DNA from: Octopus vulgaris
Taxonomy: Eukaryota
Direction: 5' to 3'
DNA: 64,000 nt
Assembly (NCBI GenBank): GCA_951406725.2
Contig: OX597832.1
Span: 26,846,001 to 26,910,000 of the forward strand
Part shown: positions 45,001-60,000 of the stretch, piece by piece
Layout: each line of letters starts with the position of its first letter
How positions within the stretch are numbered: the stretch's first letter is position 1
The notes under the pieces: model-generated
Database searches by the model: none
What the model saw: the letters and a program-made list of their open reading frames with translations, nothing else
Told to the model about the DNA's origin: nothing
Program-made: the position numbers and the translations under genes

Positions 45001-48000
45001 CGATCACACTCGAATGGTGCCTTTTATGTTCCACTGGCACGGAAGCTGGTTACCCACTCTGTCAACAATCACACTCGTATGGTGCTCTTTGCAACCCGCT
45101 AGCACTGACGCCAGTCATCGAATTTGATTTTGATTTGCAACAAAATGGAATCTACTAAACATACCGAAGGTGTAAGGTGATGGTATTAAAAAAAGACAAC
45201 AGGTTAAATCTACCACTCAGGTGGACCATGGCTGAATTTGAACATATAAAACATGGCAACTAGTCTGACATGCTAATAGTTTTGCAAATCCACTGCCTTA
45301 GTTTAGTACCTTCATTGACCCCTCAAAAAGGATGACAGCAAAGTTGACCTCAATGAGAATTGAACTCAGAGCATAAATGGTCAAAACAAATAATAAGAAG
45401 CATTTTTCTGATGCTTTAATACTTCTGCCAATAAAATAACAGATTAAGTCTAACCCCATCCCGACCCCCCTCACAGGGGCCACTGAAGCAAGCTGTAGCA
45501 TTTAATACAACAAATTCCAGGCAATTTTTAAAACTGAGGTTGTCCAGTTTTGCAACTGTTTGTCATCATGGTAAAGATAACATGGTCCCACCCGTACCTT
45601 AAGCCTACCCCAAGACAGGTGACCAGGGGATACACAGCAAGTGAAAAACAACGATACTAACCTCTGTAGTCATATTGCCGATGACCAAACCCTCATAGTA
45701 TATCTGGCGCCGGAACCGTTGGTACCAATTTCTTAACATCCCTGGCTGCAATTTAGGCAGTTCACAGTATTTATTTGGGAGAGAATAGAACTTGTCCATG
45801 ATAACAGCCAACATAAGGCCACTGCAGAAATAATAATAATAATGATAATAATAATAATAACAACAACAATAATAATAATATGCTATATAGTTAATGTTGC
45901 ATGTCCCTTTGACCCCTGAATAGCCAAGAAGGAAGGCGAAAAGATAGTTAGATACAACCCTCTTAAGTACGAAATAATTTGGCTATGGAAAATGAAGAAG
46001 GTGAAGATAGTGTCAATTATTGTTGGGTCCTTGGGAACAGTATCAGAAGACATCAAGGGGAATATAAAGGAAATTGGAATAGAGTACCCAGTAGGACTGT
46101 TACAAAAGGTTTGCCTCCTTGTAACGGCCAGAATAATCAGGAAAGTATTAGATAGCTGAAAAGAATGGATAGCATGGTACCGTAGGCTGCAGGGAGCAAG
46201 CCCACTACGCATGTAAGACTCCAAGAGTTCCAACAAAATCTGTGATAAAGATGAATAATAATAAAAGTAATAATAACAATAATTTCTACCACGAAAATTA
46301 ACAGCCAAGTATCAAAGCTTATAATGTGCAGAAAGAGACCCTGTGAGACCTCTGACAGAAGGCTGTGCCTGACCAAATGTTCTGAGAGTAAAACAACAAC
46401 CACAATAATCCTTTCTAGTATAGGCACAAGGCCTGAAATTTTGGGGGAGAGGGTAAGTCAATTAGATCGATACCAGTACACAACTGGTACTTAATTTATT
46501 GAACCTGAAAGGATGAAAGGCAAAGTCAACCTCGGTGGAATTTGAACTCAGAACGTAGAGATGGGCGAAATACCACTAAGCATTTCATCCAGCGTACTAA
46601 CGATTCTGCCAGCTCGCCACCTTGATGATGATGACGAATTTGGGTGCAGAGCCAGCAATTTTGGGAGAGAGGATAAGTTGATTACATTGACCTCAGTGCT
46701 AAACTGGTCCTTATTTTATTGACCCCAAAAGGATGAATGGTAAAGTTGACCTTGACAGAAGTTGAATTCAGAACTTGATGGAGCACCTGATTAATGTATC
46801 CCAAAAAGATGATAAATTTATTTGTGGGAGGTGTCAGTTACTAATTTAGGGTTAGTCAAGGACATAATTAACACTATGACACTTTCAACAGATAATTAAG
46901 ACCATGGCAAGTTAATTATTAGTTTTTCATCTAATTAAGAAAGACTGTGGAAAACTAATTTGCTAATGAATGAGTGATGGTGTTGACTTACCAAGTACTT
47001 AAACAGTTTAATCACAGTGAGTGATGACTTACCAAGCAGCGTTATATGGTTTAATCATAGAGTTATAGTAATCCTTCTGCAGCTGTGATTTACAGACTTC
47101 AAAAAGTTCATCACTGAATTCAAAGTTTGCCAATTCATCGACAATGGTTTGGAATAATTCCTGCACAAACACAAAACAATATAATAGAAAATATCCAAAT
47201 ATAAAACATAAAAATACATTATATTAACAAAAACAATAATGAAAAAATAATGATGATGATGATGATGTGGAATCTGGTTAAAATCATCATCATCGTTTAA
47301 CGTCCGTTTTCCTTGCTGGCATGGGTTGGACGGTTCGACCGGGGTCTGGGAAGCCAGGAGGCTGCACCAGGCTCCAGTCTGATCAGGCAATGTTTCTACA
47401 GCTGGATGCCCTTCCTATCGCCAACCACTCCATGAGTGTAGTGGGTGCTTTTTACATGCCACCAGCACAGGTGCCAGGGGAGGCTGGCAGCAGCCACGAT
47501 CGGTTGGTCCTTTTTATGTGCCACCGGCACAGAAGCCAGTCAAGCCAGGCTGGCATCGGCCACGTTCGGATGGTGCTTTTTACGTGCCACCGGCACAGGT
47601 ATCACAACTACAATTTCCATTTTATATTTATTTTGATGTTGATGTACTTGACTCAATAGGTCTCCTCAAGCACAGCAGGATTGAAAATGACATTTTATTG
47701 AGTGTTGTATTCAATGTTATTGAGACCCCAGTATATAACTGGTTTTTAGTTTTAACCTTTGTCAAGTGAATGAAAGACAAAGTGGACCCTACAAGGCATT
47801 TATTTACTCAGTCACTTCCACCCTCTCCCCACTCCTCAATGATTTCCAAAAGAGCAGAAGAATTCTTAAAACACCTCAATACATTGATATAAGATTGGGT
47901 CAACCTCAAGTAATTAACTGCAATTTGTATCACAAAGATCTTGATAACATTCTAATGAGAGAGAATCATGAACTAGAAAAATATAGGGTTAATAAGATGT

Positions 48001-51000
48001 TTGACACCTGGCAGATTCAGGTGTAAAGAAAAAAGAAAAAAAGAGAAAAGGAAGAAAACCTTTTCTGTACGTGAAAACTTATATCAAGTGAGCAAAGCAA
48101 GTATCAGTAGACTATGCTGAGCTGATGACATTCAATAAGTCAGAAACAAACTCTAGTTGTTCCCCTTGCCTACAAGCAAAAGCCAGATTTTCTCCTCTAA
48201 GCATTCTTTTATTCTTTTGTTTGTTTCAGTCATTTGACTGCAGCCATGCTGGAGCACCACCTTTAGTCGAATAAATCGACCCCAGGACTTATTCTTTGTA
48301 AGCCTAGTACTTATTCTATCAGTCTCTTTTGCTGAACCGATAAGTTACGGGGGCGTAAACACACCAACACTGATTGTCAAGCGATGGTGGGGGGGGGGGG
48401 GACAAACACAGACACTCAAACATATATACATATATATACAATGGGCTTCTTTCAGTTTCCGTCTACCAAATCCACTCACAAGGCTTTGGTCAGCCTGAGG
48501 CTAGAGTAGAAGACACTTGCCCAAGGTGCCACGCAGTGGGACTGAACCCGGAACCATGTGGTTTATAACCAAGCTACTTACCACACAGCCATGAATTTCT
48601 CTCCCTTCCCTTTAACAGTTGCTGACAATTACTAAAGCATCCCCCCCCACACCACACCAACTTAGTCTCATCTATCATCTCACCTGTATCACTGTAGCAA
48701 CCAACAAGAATTAATTAAGCATAGCAAAAGATATATATTTAATCAGGTGCAAAATACTTACAGGTATTTTGTCGTTGAATCCTTTCACCAAGATAACCAG
48801 TCCAGTTTTCTTGTCTGTGAGGGAGTAGCTGTGTGAGATAGAGAGAGAGATAGATAGATATGTAGATAGAGGGTGGGAGAGAGTGAGAGAATGGCAGTAA
48901 GAGAGAGGTGGGTAGTGTGAAACAGGTGGTGCAGAGTGAGAGAAAGGATGAGAGAGTGAGAAATGAAAAGAGAGAGAGATTGTAAATGAGAGAAAGTGAT
49001 AGCAAGGTGGCGAGCTGGCAGAAACGTTAGCACACCGTTCAAAATGCTTAGTGGTATTTCGTCTGCCGCTACGTTCTGAGTTCAAATTCTACTGAGGTCA
49101 ACTTTGCCTTTCATCCTTTCGGGGTCGATAAATAAAGTACCAGTTACGCACTGGGGTCGATCTAATCAACTTAGTCCCTTTGTCTGTCCTTGTTTGTCCC
49201 CTCTGTGTTTAGCCCCAAAAGGATGAAAGGCAAAGTCGACCTCAGTGGAATTTGAACTCAGAATGTAACAACAGACGAAATACCACTGTCATTATGGTAT
49301 GGGTATATTCTAGTTATGGTAGGGTATATTCTACCCCAGGTATCAGATGAGTACACACTACTAAATAATACAGCAGGGTACATTCATTCTGAAGCTGCGT
49401 ATCAGGGTAGATAGTAGTAAGGTGGCTTCCGAGATGATGAATGCGAGGTGAGAAGGGTGTAGCTTCGAATTACCAAAGGTGAGATTAAGAAAGGAAGTGG
49501 GTATCTTGAAGTTAGCAGAAGTGAGGTGAGAAACGGGTAGACATTTCTATGTACCTGAGATCAGCTTCGATGGCATGGTAGGTTGGTTCTGCCAACTTCT
49601 GCAGGAGAACATCAATGAACAGTTCAAAGAGGATGGAACTGAAAGAATAAAAAACAAAGAGATTTTGTATCTCGGTTACCATAGTAATAAAGATAAGGTG
49701 GAGTGTGGTGGGGGGTACTTAGAGAGAAGGGTGTATGTGGCAAAATCAGTGGTGGGGGTGGGTGTACTGGTGGGTAGGAAGGTCTATGTAAAGTTCTCAT
49801 AAATACTTATTATATTGAGTTGCAGTCATCATCATCATCATCGTTTAACGTCCGCTTTCCATGCTAGCATGGGTTGGACGATTTTGATTGAGGACTGGCG
49901 AACCAGAAGGCTGCACCAGGCTCCAATCTTGATCTGGCAGTGTTTCTACAGCTGGATGCCCTTCCTAATGCCAACCACTCCAAGAGTGTAGTGGGTGCTT
50001 TTTACGTGCCACCGGCACGAGAACCAGTCTAGGCGGCACTGGCAATGGCCACATTCGGATGGTGCTTTTTACATGCCACCGGCACGAGGCCCAGTCAGGC
50101 GGTACTGGCAACGACCTCGCTCGAATCTTTTTACACATGCCACCAGTACAGGTGCCAGTAAGGCGACGCTGGTGGTAAGAAGAAACTGTTTAGCACTCAT
50201 TCTAAGTACCAGTAATATACTGAGTATGGTAGTTGTTTAATTATCATTTGACTGATGAACCTCTATAGTTAATGAGCCACAGGAGAGCTTTTTTGTGGTT
50301 ACTTAAAGCAGCTAGAAACAGCAGTCAAGCATCATTCAAATCACAATCTACACTCTTAAAGAAACGCATATTAGACACTGCACACATAGATATAAATAAA
50401 CAGGATGGTCATGGATGGAACACTTTTGGTTACAGGTGAGCTTGATCCAAGTTGATCAAGGGTTAAACAGTGACAATAACAACATACTGGTCAGGGAGAG
50501 TTTGCATGGACCCTCTACCAGTGTCCCTCCAGCTCCAACTATTATATAAAAATTACAAGGATTGCTGGGAAATTATGATGACGTGTGTTGTGTGTGTGCT
50601 GGTGCAGGGTTCAATTCTCACGTAAGCCTGTAAATGTAAATAACAAAAATGAGAGAGAGAGAGAGAGTAGTGGGATTCAAAAAGGGTTCACAAACCTTTC
50701 TAGTGACTCCCCAATCACTGGACTCATCAGTTTAAAGAATGTTTGGACTGAAAAGAAATATAATAATAATAAGGAGAGGCAGGAAATATAAAAAGAAGGA
50801 GAGGGTAAGAGGGAGAGGCAAGAAAATATAGAAAGGAGAGGGTAAGAGGGAGAGGCAAGAAAATATAGGAGGGAAGAGAGAGAATGAAATTTAAAGAGTT
50901 ATGGATGGGAGAAGAGGAAGGAGAGAAGGAGAGTTTGTTGCTCACCTTTTGGGATATTAAACTTGGTGTCTTTCTTGTACCATAATTTACATTTCTCATT

Positions 51001-54000
51001 CTCCATGATCAAAAATGGACTCTGGAATAAATAATGAAGGCCACAACAGATTATATATAAATATATTTGTATATATATATATTTAAAATTTATGAGTTTA
51101 AATTTTTTTAATAATTTTTAAATTTTTAACTTTTATACTTTTAAATTAATTTTATGTATTGGCTTATGTTTTTCACTGTTTGATTTGCCTGATAGTGGTT
51201 TTATCTCTAATTTAATATAATATATATATATATATATATATTTTATTATTTAAAAAATTTTTTTAAAAATTATATTAAATATAACTATCAAAAAGTATTA
51301 AGAATTTAATATCAGATAAAGAGTAAAACCACTACGATCGTTTATATATATGGGTGGATGGGGTGAATGGTGTGTTGAGGATAGAGTGATGGTTAGAGTT
51401 GGAATGAGAGGTGTTGGTGTGGAAGAGAGAGACTTACTGCACAATGGATTCCTTGTTAGACTGTTTAGGTCTTTGAGGGGAGAGATTATGTACAGAAGAC
51501 CTATCAAACCCATATCCATATTGACAAAGGGATGGTAGAAGACGATTATGAAGATACAACAAAAATAAAATTAATTAAAAAAAACTCCATCTCCCTACCT
51601 TATCTTTCTGTTCTGGTGGAACATCTTTCAAAGAAAAGTCCTTTGCTGTTGAAGAAAGACGAAGAAGATACAAAATGAAGAACTCCAAAGCCAACTGGAA
51701 CACCAACATACACCATTATTCTTTAATAAGAATCCTTTCTACTTATAGGCACAAAGCCTGAAATTTGGGGAAGGACAAAGTTGATTAAATTGACCCCAGC
51801 GTTCAACTGGGGTCAATTTATTTTATCAACCCTAAAAGGATGAAAGGCAAAGTTGACCTCAATGGAATTTGAACTCAGAACATAAAGATGGATGGACTGC
51901 CGCTAAACATTTTGTCCAACATCTTAAGGATTCTACCAGTTGACCTTAACATAAATATTGCACAGCAATTCTTCAGATGCTCAAAAGATCATGCCAAATC
52001 AGCACTTTTAGCAATAATGGTAACTTTTAACTACATCATCATTATCATTTTAGCATCTCCTGGCATCGGTCAGATAAAATTTGCAGCTTGGTGCTCTTCC
52101 AGTCCCCAAGCCTCGTCTGTTTCCAAGCAAGGAAATATTTCCATCTTGTACTTTGAACAACAGACAGCTCAATGGCTGGACATGTTTTCATGAAAGAAAT
52201 ATGTTTGTATGTATGGTGAGTATTTGCAGTTAACAAATGTGTCAAGATAAGACAAACACACATACATAAGTTAAAAAATGGTTGAAAACCAATGCTTTAA
52301 ACCATTCAGTCAATCCACAGTCGTAAAAGTAATGCTTGGAAATGTATTCTAGGAACTCATGTAGTTACAAGCTGGCACAGGTCCCACTCTTGGTTCAGTG
52401 GGATCTCCAATACATGACAGCTAAAGTAACAGAAGGTGGAACCCCAGTTTATGACTGGTATTTAAAAAAAAAAAATATCAACCCTGAAAGGGTGAACAGC
52501 AAAGGTGACTTTGGTGGGATTTGAACAGCAAACGTAAAGAACCAGGACAAGCACTGCCAAGCATGTGCTCCAGTATGGTCATCACTAGCCACAGTATGGC
52601 CATATTGCTCCAGTATGGTCATCACTAGCCACAGTATGGCCATATTGCTCCAGTATGGTCATCACTAGCCACAGTATGGCCATATTGCTCCAGTATGGCT
52701 GTCACTAGCAGACAAAGTAAAACCATTACTCTAACAATTGTAAAGAAAGAAGAAACGGACTGCATAAGAATGATATAGTTACCGAGGTACTTGTTGGGCT
52801 CCGGTAGATACAGTTCTGGGTTCAATTGCAAGTCTGGGAATAAAAAATAAAAGGAGACATCAACGACAAAATATACAACTCCTTAAATCATCATCATCAT
52901 CATCATCATGACGTGTGTGTGTACGTACATGTTTGTGTGTGTGTGTGGTGGTGTGGACCCTCCACCTCTTCCAAGGTAACCCGATTGGTTATCAAGTCTC
53001 CAAGCAACAGCACATAGCACACCCAGTTCATCACTTGTACTTTACTGACACTAAAACCCACTTCTATCCCACAAACTTGCTATGTCCCCTTCTCGTCTCT
53101 CCAGCCACAACTACAATGGCCACTGCTTTTCCTAAGCTACTAAGGTCATATACCACCACCTGTATCTGATTCTTAAATTCTCTAATTCTTTTGTTCTAGC
53201 ATACCATTCTGGAACCAAAAACACCATGACAAAGGCAAAATACAATCAATAAACAAGAAAGGCAAAATACAACAATAAAGAAAAAAAAAGATCGTCTGAA
53301 AGTAAATTTACTTACTCTGCCATTTTGCTAACCATTCCGGGTCAAAATCTGAAAATACAAGAAATTCTCCAAATTTAGTCAATGTTTGAAAATATAAAAC
53401 TGTCGTCAAGATATACAGAACAATCAAATGACCAATCATCATCATCATCATCATCGTTTAACGTCCGTTCTCCATGCTAGCATGGGTTGGACGGTTCGAC
53501 CGGGGATCTGGGAAGCCAGAAGGCTGCACCAGGCTCCAGTCTTATCTGGCAATGTTTCTACAGCTGGATGCCCTTCCTAACGCCAACCACTCCGTGAGTG
53601 TAGTGGGTGCTTTTTACGTGCCACCTGCACAGGTGCCAGGCGAGGCTGGCAAAAGCCACGGTCGGATTGGTGTATTTTATGTGCCACCGGCACGGAAGCC
53701 AGACGAGGCGGTGCTGGCATCGGTGCGTCACTTAAATGTATTTGGACAATTTTTCAGCCTTTATTATAAACAGACCACCAAATACTATAGTGACCACCCA
53801 CCCTACAATCTTTCACTTGGATTACATCAGCAGTCATTTAGACTCTACCACCCAACTCTATTTGGTACCCCGACCACTCCCTAACTGACCACCCATTTCT
53901 TTACTATCCACAAGGGGCTAAACACTAAGAAGACAAACAAGGACAGACAAACGGATTAAGTCGATTATATCGACCCCAGTGCATACATGGTACTTATTTA

Positions 54001-57000
54001 ATCGACCCCGAAAGGATGAAAGGCAAAGTTGACCTCAGCGGAATTTGAACTCAGAATGCAGCGGCAGACGAAATACCGCAAAGCATTTCGCCTGGCATGC
54101 TAATGTTTCTGCCAGCTTGCCACATTAACTGACCACCCATCCTACCAAATTTCACTTGCACTCCTTCACTGACCGTTTGGCCACTTGGCTTACTCCGTCA
54201 TCAAACTCCACTCAACCACCCTCCTAAATCTCCACTTGGAAATCCATCTCCAGCCTTCACTTGGCCACTCACCTCCACTCGATGTACCAACCCCTCAACA
54301 AGTGAGCAAACACCACCCTTTACTCAGCACTATCAGTCTCTTACTGAGATGGACTGTCAACCTCTCCAGGGGTAGAGCTATCTCTGCTATACAGAACGGA
54401 ACCAAGGTTACACAATGACATCTAGGAACAAAAAAAGAGGAACCCACTAATAATTACCTGTATCATAATATTTAGTGCCATACCATTTCTCCTCTTTGGT
54501 GCAAAGGCCGGAGTCTTTTTTGGTCAATAAGATGACATTGGTTTTGGCAGGAGTCAGTTGATCCAAACAGGATTTGATGAGCTGCACACAAAAAAAATAA
54601 TAAAATTATATATATGTATTTGTAGGTGTGTGTGAGTGTGTATGTGTGTGTGTGTGTGTGTGTAAAAAGGTTGAATTAGATTTGTCATTTATTTGGAGGT
54701 TTCCAAAAACAAGATTTCTAATCTAGATTCTTCATATTTTGCTGGTAGCCAACTGGCGTAAAATTGTGGATATGAAAATAATATTTGTATATGGGATTCA
54801 CAATACCCCATCATCATCATCATCATTGTGGAAAGCGGACGTTGAACGATGATGATGATGATGATGATGGGGTATTGTGAATTTAGGGAAAGAAATCCCA
54901 TAAAACAACACAAACAAACAAGGAGACACTGGATAATACAGTCTACCTGAATAACAAAAGAGGAGGTAGTCACGGTTGGAAAGTTTTTGATAATAAGCCT
55001 TTTGCATCAGGACAGACCTGGGGCTAAACTATATCATCATCATCAACTTACCTCTTCATTATACTGAAAGAGAAGACAGTCTCCGGTCAAAAAGTGCTCC
55101 TTGTTGTACACCTGCATATTCTCACTCAGTCGTTCCACGTAGTCGACCGAGGAACCCTGGAATACAAGAAACAGTCTCTGGTGAGATTAGAAACCTTAGA
55201 AACACTGTGTCGTCACTGCATATTGTTACAGCACCGTCACAGTGTAACAGACACTTGACAGTCACACTGTACAATCACATACCTATTTCTTTACTACCCA
55301 CAAGGGGCTAAACACAGAGGGGACAAACAAGGACAGACAAACGGATTAAGTCGATTACATCGACCCCAGTGCATAACTGGTACTTATTTAATCAACCCCG
55401 AAAGGATGAAAGGCAAAGTTGACCTCAGCGGAATTTGAACTCGGAACGTAGCGACAGACGAAATACCTATTTCCTTACTACCCACAGGGGGCTAAACACA
55501 GAGAGGACAAACAAGGACAGACAAACGGATTAAGTCAATTATATCAACCCCAGTGCATAACTGGTACTTATTTAATCGACCCCGAAAGGATGAAAGGCAA
55601 AGTCAACCTCAGCGGAATTTGAACTCAGAACGTAATGGCAGACAAAATACGGCTACGCATTTCGTCCGGTGTGCTAACATTTCTGCCAGCTCTCCGCTAT
55701 ACAATCACATACCATGTGGTACCCCAAGGACACTCTGCAATTATGCATCAACATTTTGTACCAATACACCCCATCACACACCCACATATGCACCATGTTA
55801 CACCCCTCACTGCTCATCACACTTTCACATACCTTCTCTCTCTCTCACACACACACTCTTCTTCCGTAGATACCAAAACCAAAATCAGACAACAACAGTC
55901 TCATTCAGTTTACCTTTTCCTGCCAGCGAAACTTCATGTCTTGAATAGCTTTTTCTTCATCATAAATATATTTCAGTAGTCCTTTCTTCTTCACCATTTC
56001 CAGGTATTGGAACACCACGGTTAGGACCTGTCACACACACAAAGAAATATCTTTATACATTCATACATATAATAATTATTATTTGAGGGAATAAAATCCA
56101 AACTTACAAGGAAAAAAAAAATTAATTTAGAAATACTAAATCAAATTTCACACAATATAATATATATATATATAAAAAATTAGAAAAAAAATACCTTTTA
56201 TCAATTATATTTTTCTACTTATTATATATGTTTTTATTATTATTTTTTGCAATTTACTTAATCTTTGACATTTTATTGTTCTTTTAATTTCAATTTTTCT
56301 ATTATATGTAATTTTCTAGATGGTGTAATTTAACTGTTCATTTTGAATTGATAAAAGATGTTTTTTTTCTAATTTTTTATACATTCATACATATATATAT
56401 ATTATGTAACTGTTATAATGTGAATCCTTGTCCACTTGTATGTTGTCATCAGCATTGTAATGTTCTTATCGTCACTATTATATCGTGGTGGGATTCTGCG
56501 CCTTATTATCTTTGACTTGTCTATTGTACTATTGCCGATAGCTCCATAAGACAGTGACTTTGAAACGTCTACCCTGACAATAACTCAAACTCGTATTTAT
56601 CATAATTGTGGTTGTAATGGTATCACTCACCTCGTAGACGTGATTGACTCCAGAATCTGTGAGAATAATGTCGATATAGAAACAGGACCAGACAGAATTG
56701 AACTCAAACCCACTGGTAGCGTTTCCTCCTTCAATGTGCAGGGCCCACATCCTACAAAGACAAAACAATAAACACTGGGTTTTCCTTAGTAATTTCGAAT
56801 ATCAAATGGAAGACAAATTAACTTACAAACTGCTTCAGGTGGTTAAGGTCCAGTCATAAATAGAAAGGGATAACGTCTTGGTCCTCTTACAGTTGAAGAA
56901 ACATCCAAGATGAGAGAGCTAAAAGGAGAACGGGATGCACTAGTAGTGCTGGTTTGGTCCTCACTAACAACTGCAGCAATGTGAAGTCATGTGCATTGCC

Positions 57001-60000
57001 CAAGGACATACCGTAAATCCTCGAGTATAGTCCGCCCTTGAGTATAATACGCAAGGGATTTTTAGGGGGCTGTGCCTCTGAAAAACCTAAACCTTGTGTA
57101 TAATACGCACCCCTTCTCTAACTTGAGTCAAGGACGTCTATATAACGTCCTTGGTTTGTAAAACTGTATACGGTAACGTCCTTTATTATTATTGTGTATA
57201 TAACATAATGCAAACGTGTAGGTTTTTTGTGCATTTTGTTTGCAGAAAATAAAGAAATAACAGTAATAACGTTTAATAAATGTTGCTTACGGCAAGTTAT
57301 AGATGATTCTTTTATGACTTCATTGCTTTCAGGCTTAGCTTAAGGTATTTTCACGCCCAACATCACAAAATGCATCTGAATAAACGTTGTCGGACAGCAA
57401 ATAGAGACTCGGACATTGCTTAGGAAATAATTTTAATTTTTAGCCTCGTGTATAATACGCACTAGGGATTTTGACCTTTAAATTTTTGGGGAAAAAATGT
57501 AGATTATACTCGAAGATTTACGGTAATGTGTCAAATCCAATTCAGAAATTGAAACCATGACCTTAGGGTCATGAACCCAACACCTTAACCACTAGGCCAT
57601 ACACTTAAACACACACACACACACACACACACTCTTATTTTGTCTTCAATTTGAGATTTAATGAAAAGTAACCATAGCAACAAAACTATGGTTTACAAAA
57701 CACAAAAGCAGAAAATACTTCATGTAACATTGGACTGTTTTGTTTTTTTTTAGATTCTCATGAATCCCGGCCCCGAAGACAAAAAAAAATGAATAATAAG
57801 ATACCCAGACTTACTGTTTCTTCAAATAAGAAAGAATACTTCCAGCACCTTCGTGTAAGAACAGCGTAGAGAGATAATCTAAAGGTTTGGACCTGTAAAT
57901 GGAGAGGTTGGAAGTGAGGGGAATGACATGGTGTATCAAAGGGACAAAAGGGGACAGATAAGAGATTTGGTTCTAGTGGGGCAAAAAGGCCAAAAAGAAA
58001 AAAAAAAAACAAAGGAGAGGACCTGGGGTCAATTCGTTCCACTAAAATTCTTCAAGGCACCCCACTGGGGTGCAATTGAGCGACCGACCGACCGACAAAA
58101 TTCTTTGTGACACCAAAGATGAACTGAAGGCATGGATTATGGCAGCATTCACCAACTTAAAACAAGGAGACCGTCCAGCTTTGGTTCTAGTGGGGCAAAA
58201 AGGCAAAACAAAAAAGAGATTCCAAAGTTGTCTGGAAGCCATGGTTGAAGCCAATGGCGATTTTATTGAATAAATTTACTCTTTAGCATTTCAAGATACT
58301 TTTTATGTAATTTTGGTAAATATATCTGTTAAAATGAGTTATCAGTGTTATTTTCATTTTTGCATAATTTAGACAACAGTTTATTCACTACACCCTGTAT
58401 GTGTATACACACACACACACACACATACATACACACACTTAAACATGTATGTAAGTTTATACACGACTGATGTTACAGACAGACGGTGAAGAAGGAAGTG
58501 TATATACTCACTCATAATGTTTAAGAAGAGGGGTCAGAGCCCAGTTCAATGAGACCTTGTGGGTGTCTTTCACTGACACAACTGAAATGACACACAGACA
58601 GACATAGAATATTTTATTGACAACAGAGAGAGAGAGAGAGGGGGGCAGTGTTATCTGTATGTGTAAGCTGTCCTGTAAATGTGTATGTATGTGTATGTAT
58701 GCATGTGTGTTGTCTGTGTCTATGTAAATGAATGTGTAAGACTAATTGGACATAATGTAAGATCTGATTTAGACTGCTTAAGAAAACCATGGATGGGATC
58801 GTCATGGCTGGAAATGTTTTGATCATAGGTGTGTTCAGTCAGGGCGAGACTGGGTCTAAAGAGGCAAGAGGAATTATAAATAAACATAAGATGTGACAAG
58901 TTTACCGTGGTAGAACTTGGAGAATTCTGCTGTATCAAAAGGACACTGAAAATAGGTGAAAAGAAAAAGAAATCAGTTTTATATGAAACTAAATTAAACG
59001 AGACAAACATCTAAATAATTGACGATATATGTCTGAATAAGTCTGTTTGTCCCCAGTCCTAAAACTAGAAGGGAGATAACTGTGAATAATTCAAGGGGAG
59101 CACGTAGGCAGCGAGAATGCAAATAGTGACGTATCCATTTGAAATACATTCTGGCATGTTTAAATGTGAATATCTAAATGTACCAGCGTCGCCTTACTGG
59201 CACTCGAGCCCCGTGCTAGTAGGGTATTAAGAGCACCATCCGAGCGTGATCGTTGCCAGAGTGGCTATCTGGCCTCCATGCCGGTGGCATGTAAAAGACA
59301 CCATTCGAGCGTGATCGTTACCAGCGTTGCCTTACTGGCACCTGTGCTGGTGGCATGTGTAAAAAGATTTGAGCGTGATCGTTGCCAGAGCAGCTATCTG
59401 GCCTCCGTGCTGGTGGCATGCAAAAGACACCATTCGAGCGTGATCGTTACTAGCATCGCCTTACTGGCACCTGTGCTGGTGGCATATATAAAAGATTCGA
59501 GTGAAGTCGTTGCCAGTACCGCCTGACTGGCCCTCGTGCTGGTAGCATGTAAAAGCACCCACAACACTCTCGGAATGGTTGGCATTAGGAAGGGCATCCA
59601 GCTGTAGAAACTCTGTCAGATCAAGATTGAAGCCTGGTGCAGCCATCGGGTTCGCCAGACTTCAGTCAAACTGTCCAACCCATGCTAGCATGGAAAGTGG
59701 ATGCTAAACGATGATGATGATGTTGTCCTTTATTGTTGATATTTTTGAACAACACTTGAAATTCACAGGTGAAAGGGGACTTTGAGAAACTGCACTGTTT
59801 CGATCTAACTGGGTCTTTTCAGTGAGAGCAACTCTTGGACCAATGAATCAAACAAATGTACAAGGTTTTTATTCATAGAAATCAGCGAACAAATTATGAG
59901 CCAATGCAAGCTGATGTCTTCTAAACTAAAAACAATTCATGGGGTGCAGGCAGAACAGTAAAACTTCAAACAATAATACGTCTGTTTATTCTTAATTGAC

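Noticed and set aside
47790-48010. Possible NRDC exon (LTQSYINVLR resembles LKKTYFNILIK)
   Set aside because: The true homologous exon is 47033-47160, which fits phase and sequence much better.
51438-51500. 63-nt exon-like segment (AG...GTAAGT) in an NRDC intron reading GLLYIISPL in one frame
   Set aside because: In the required phase 0 it contains two stops, the acceptor is weak, and the protein is complete without it.
52566-52709. CRISPR-like array
   Set aside because: Units are identical tandem copies without unique spacers, in a eukaryotic intron.
57925-57950. CPFDT peptide echoing the NRDC exon at 58906-58945
   Set aside because: Only ~15 nt of similarity with no splice sites; probably chance rather than a duplicated exon.
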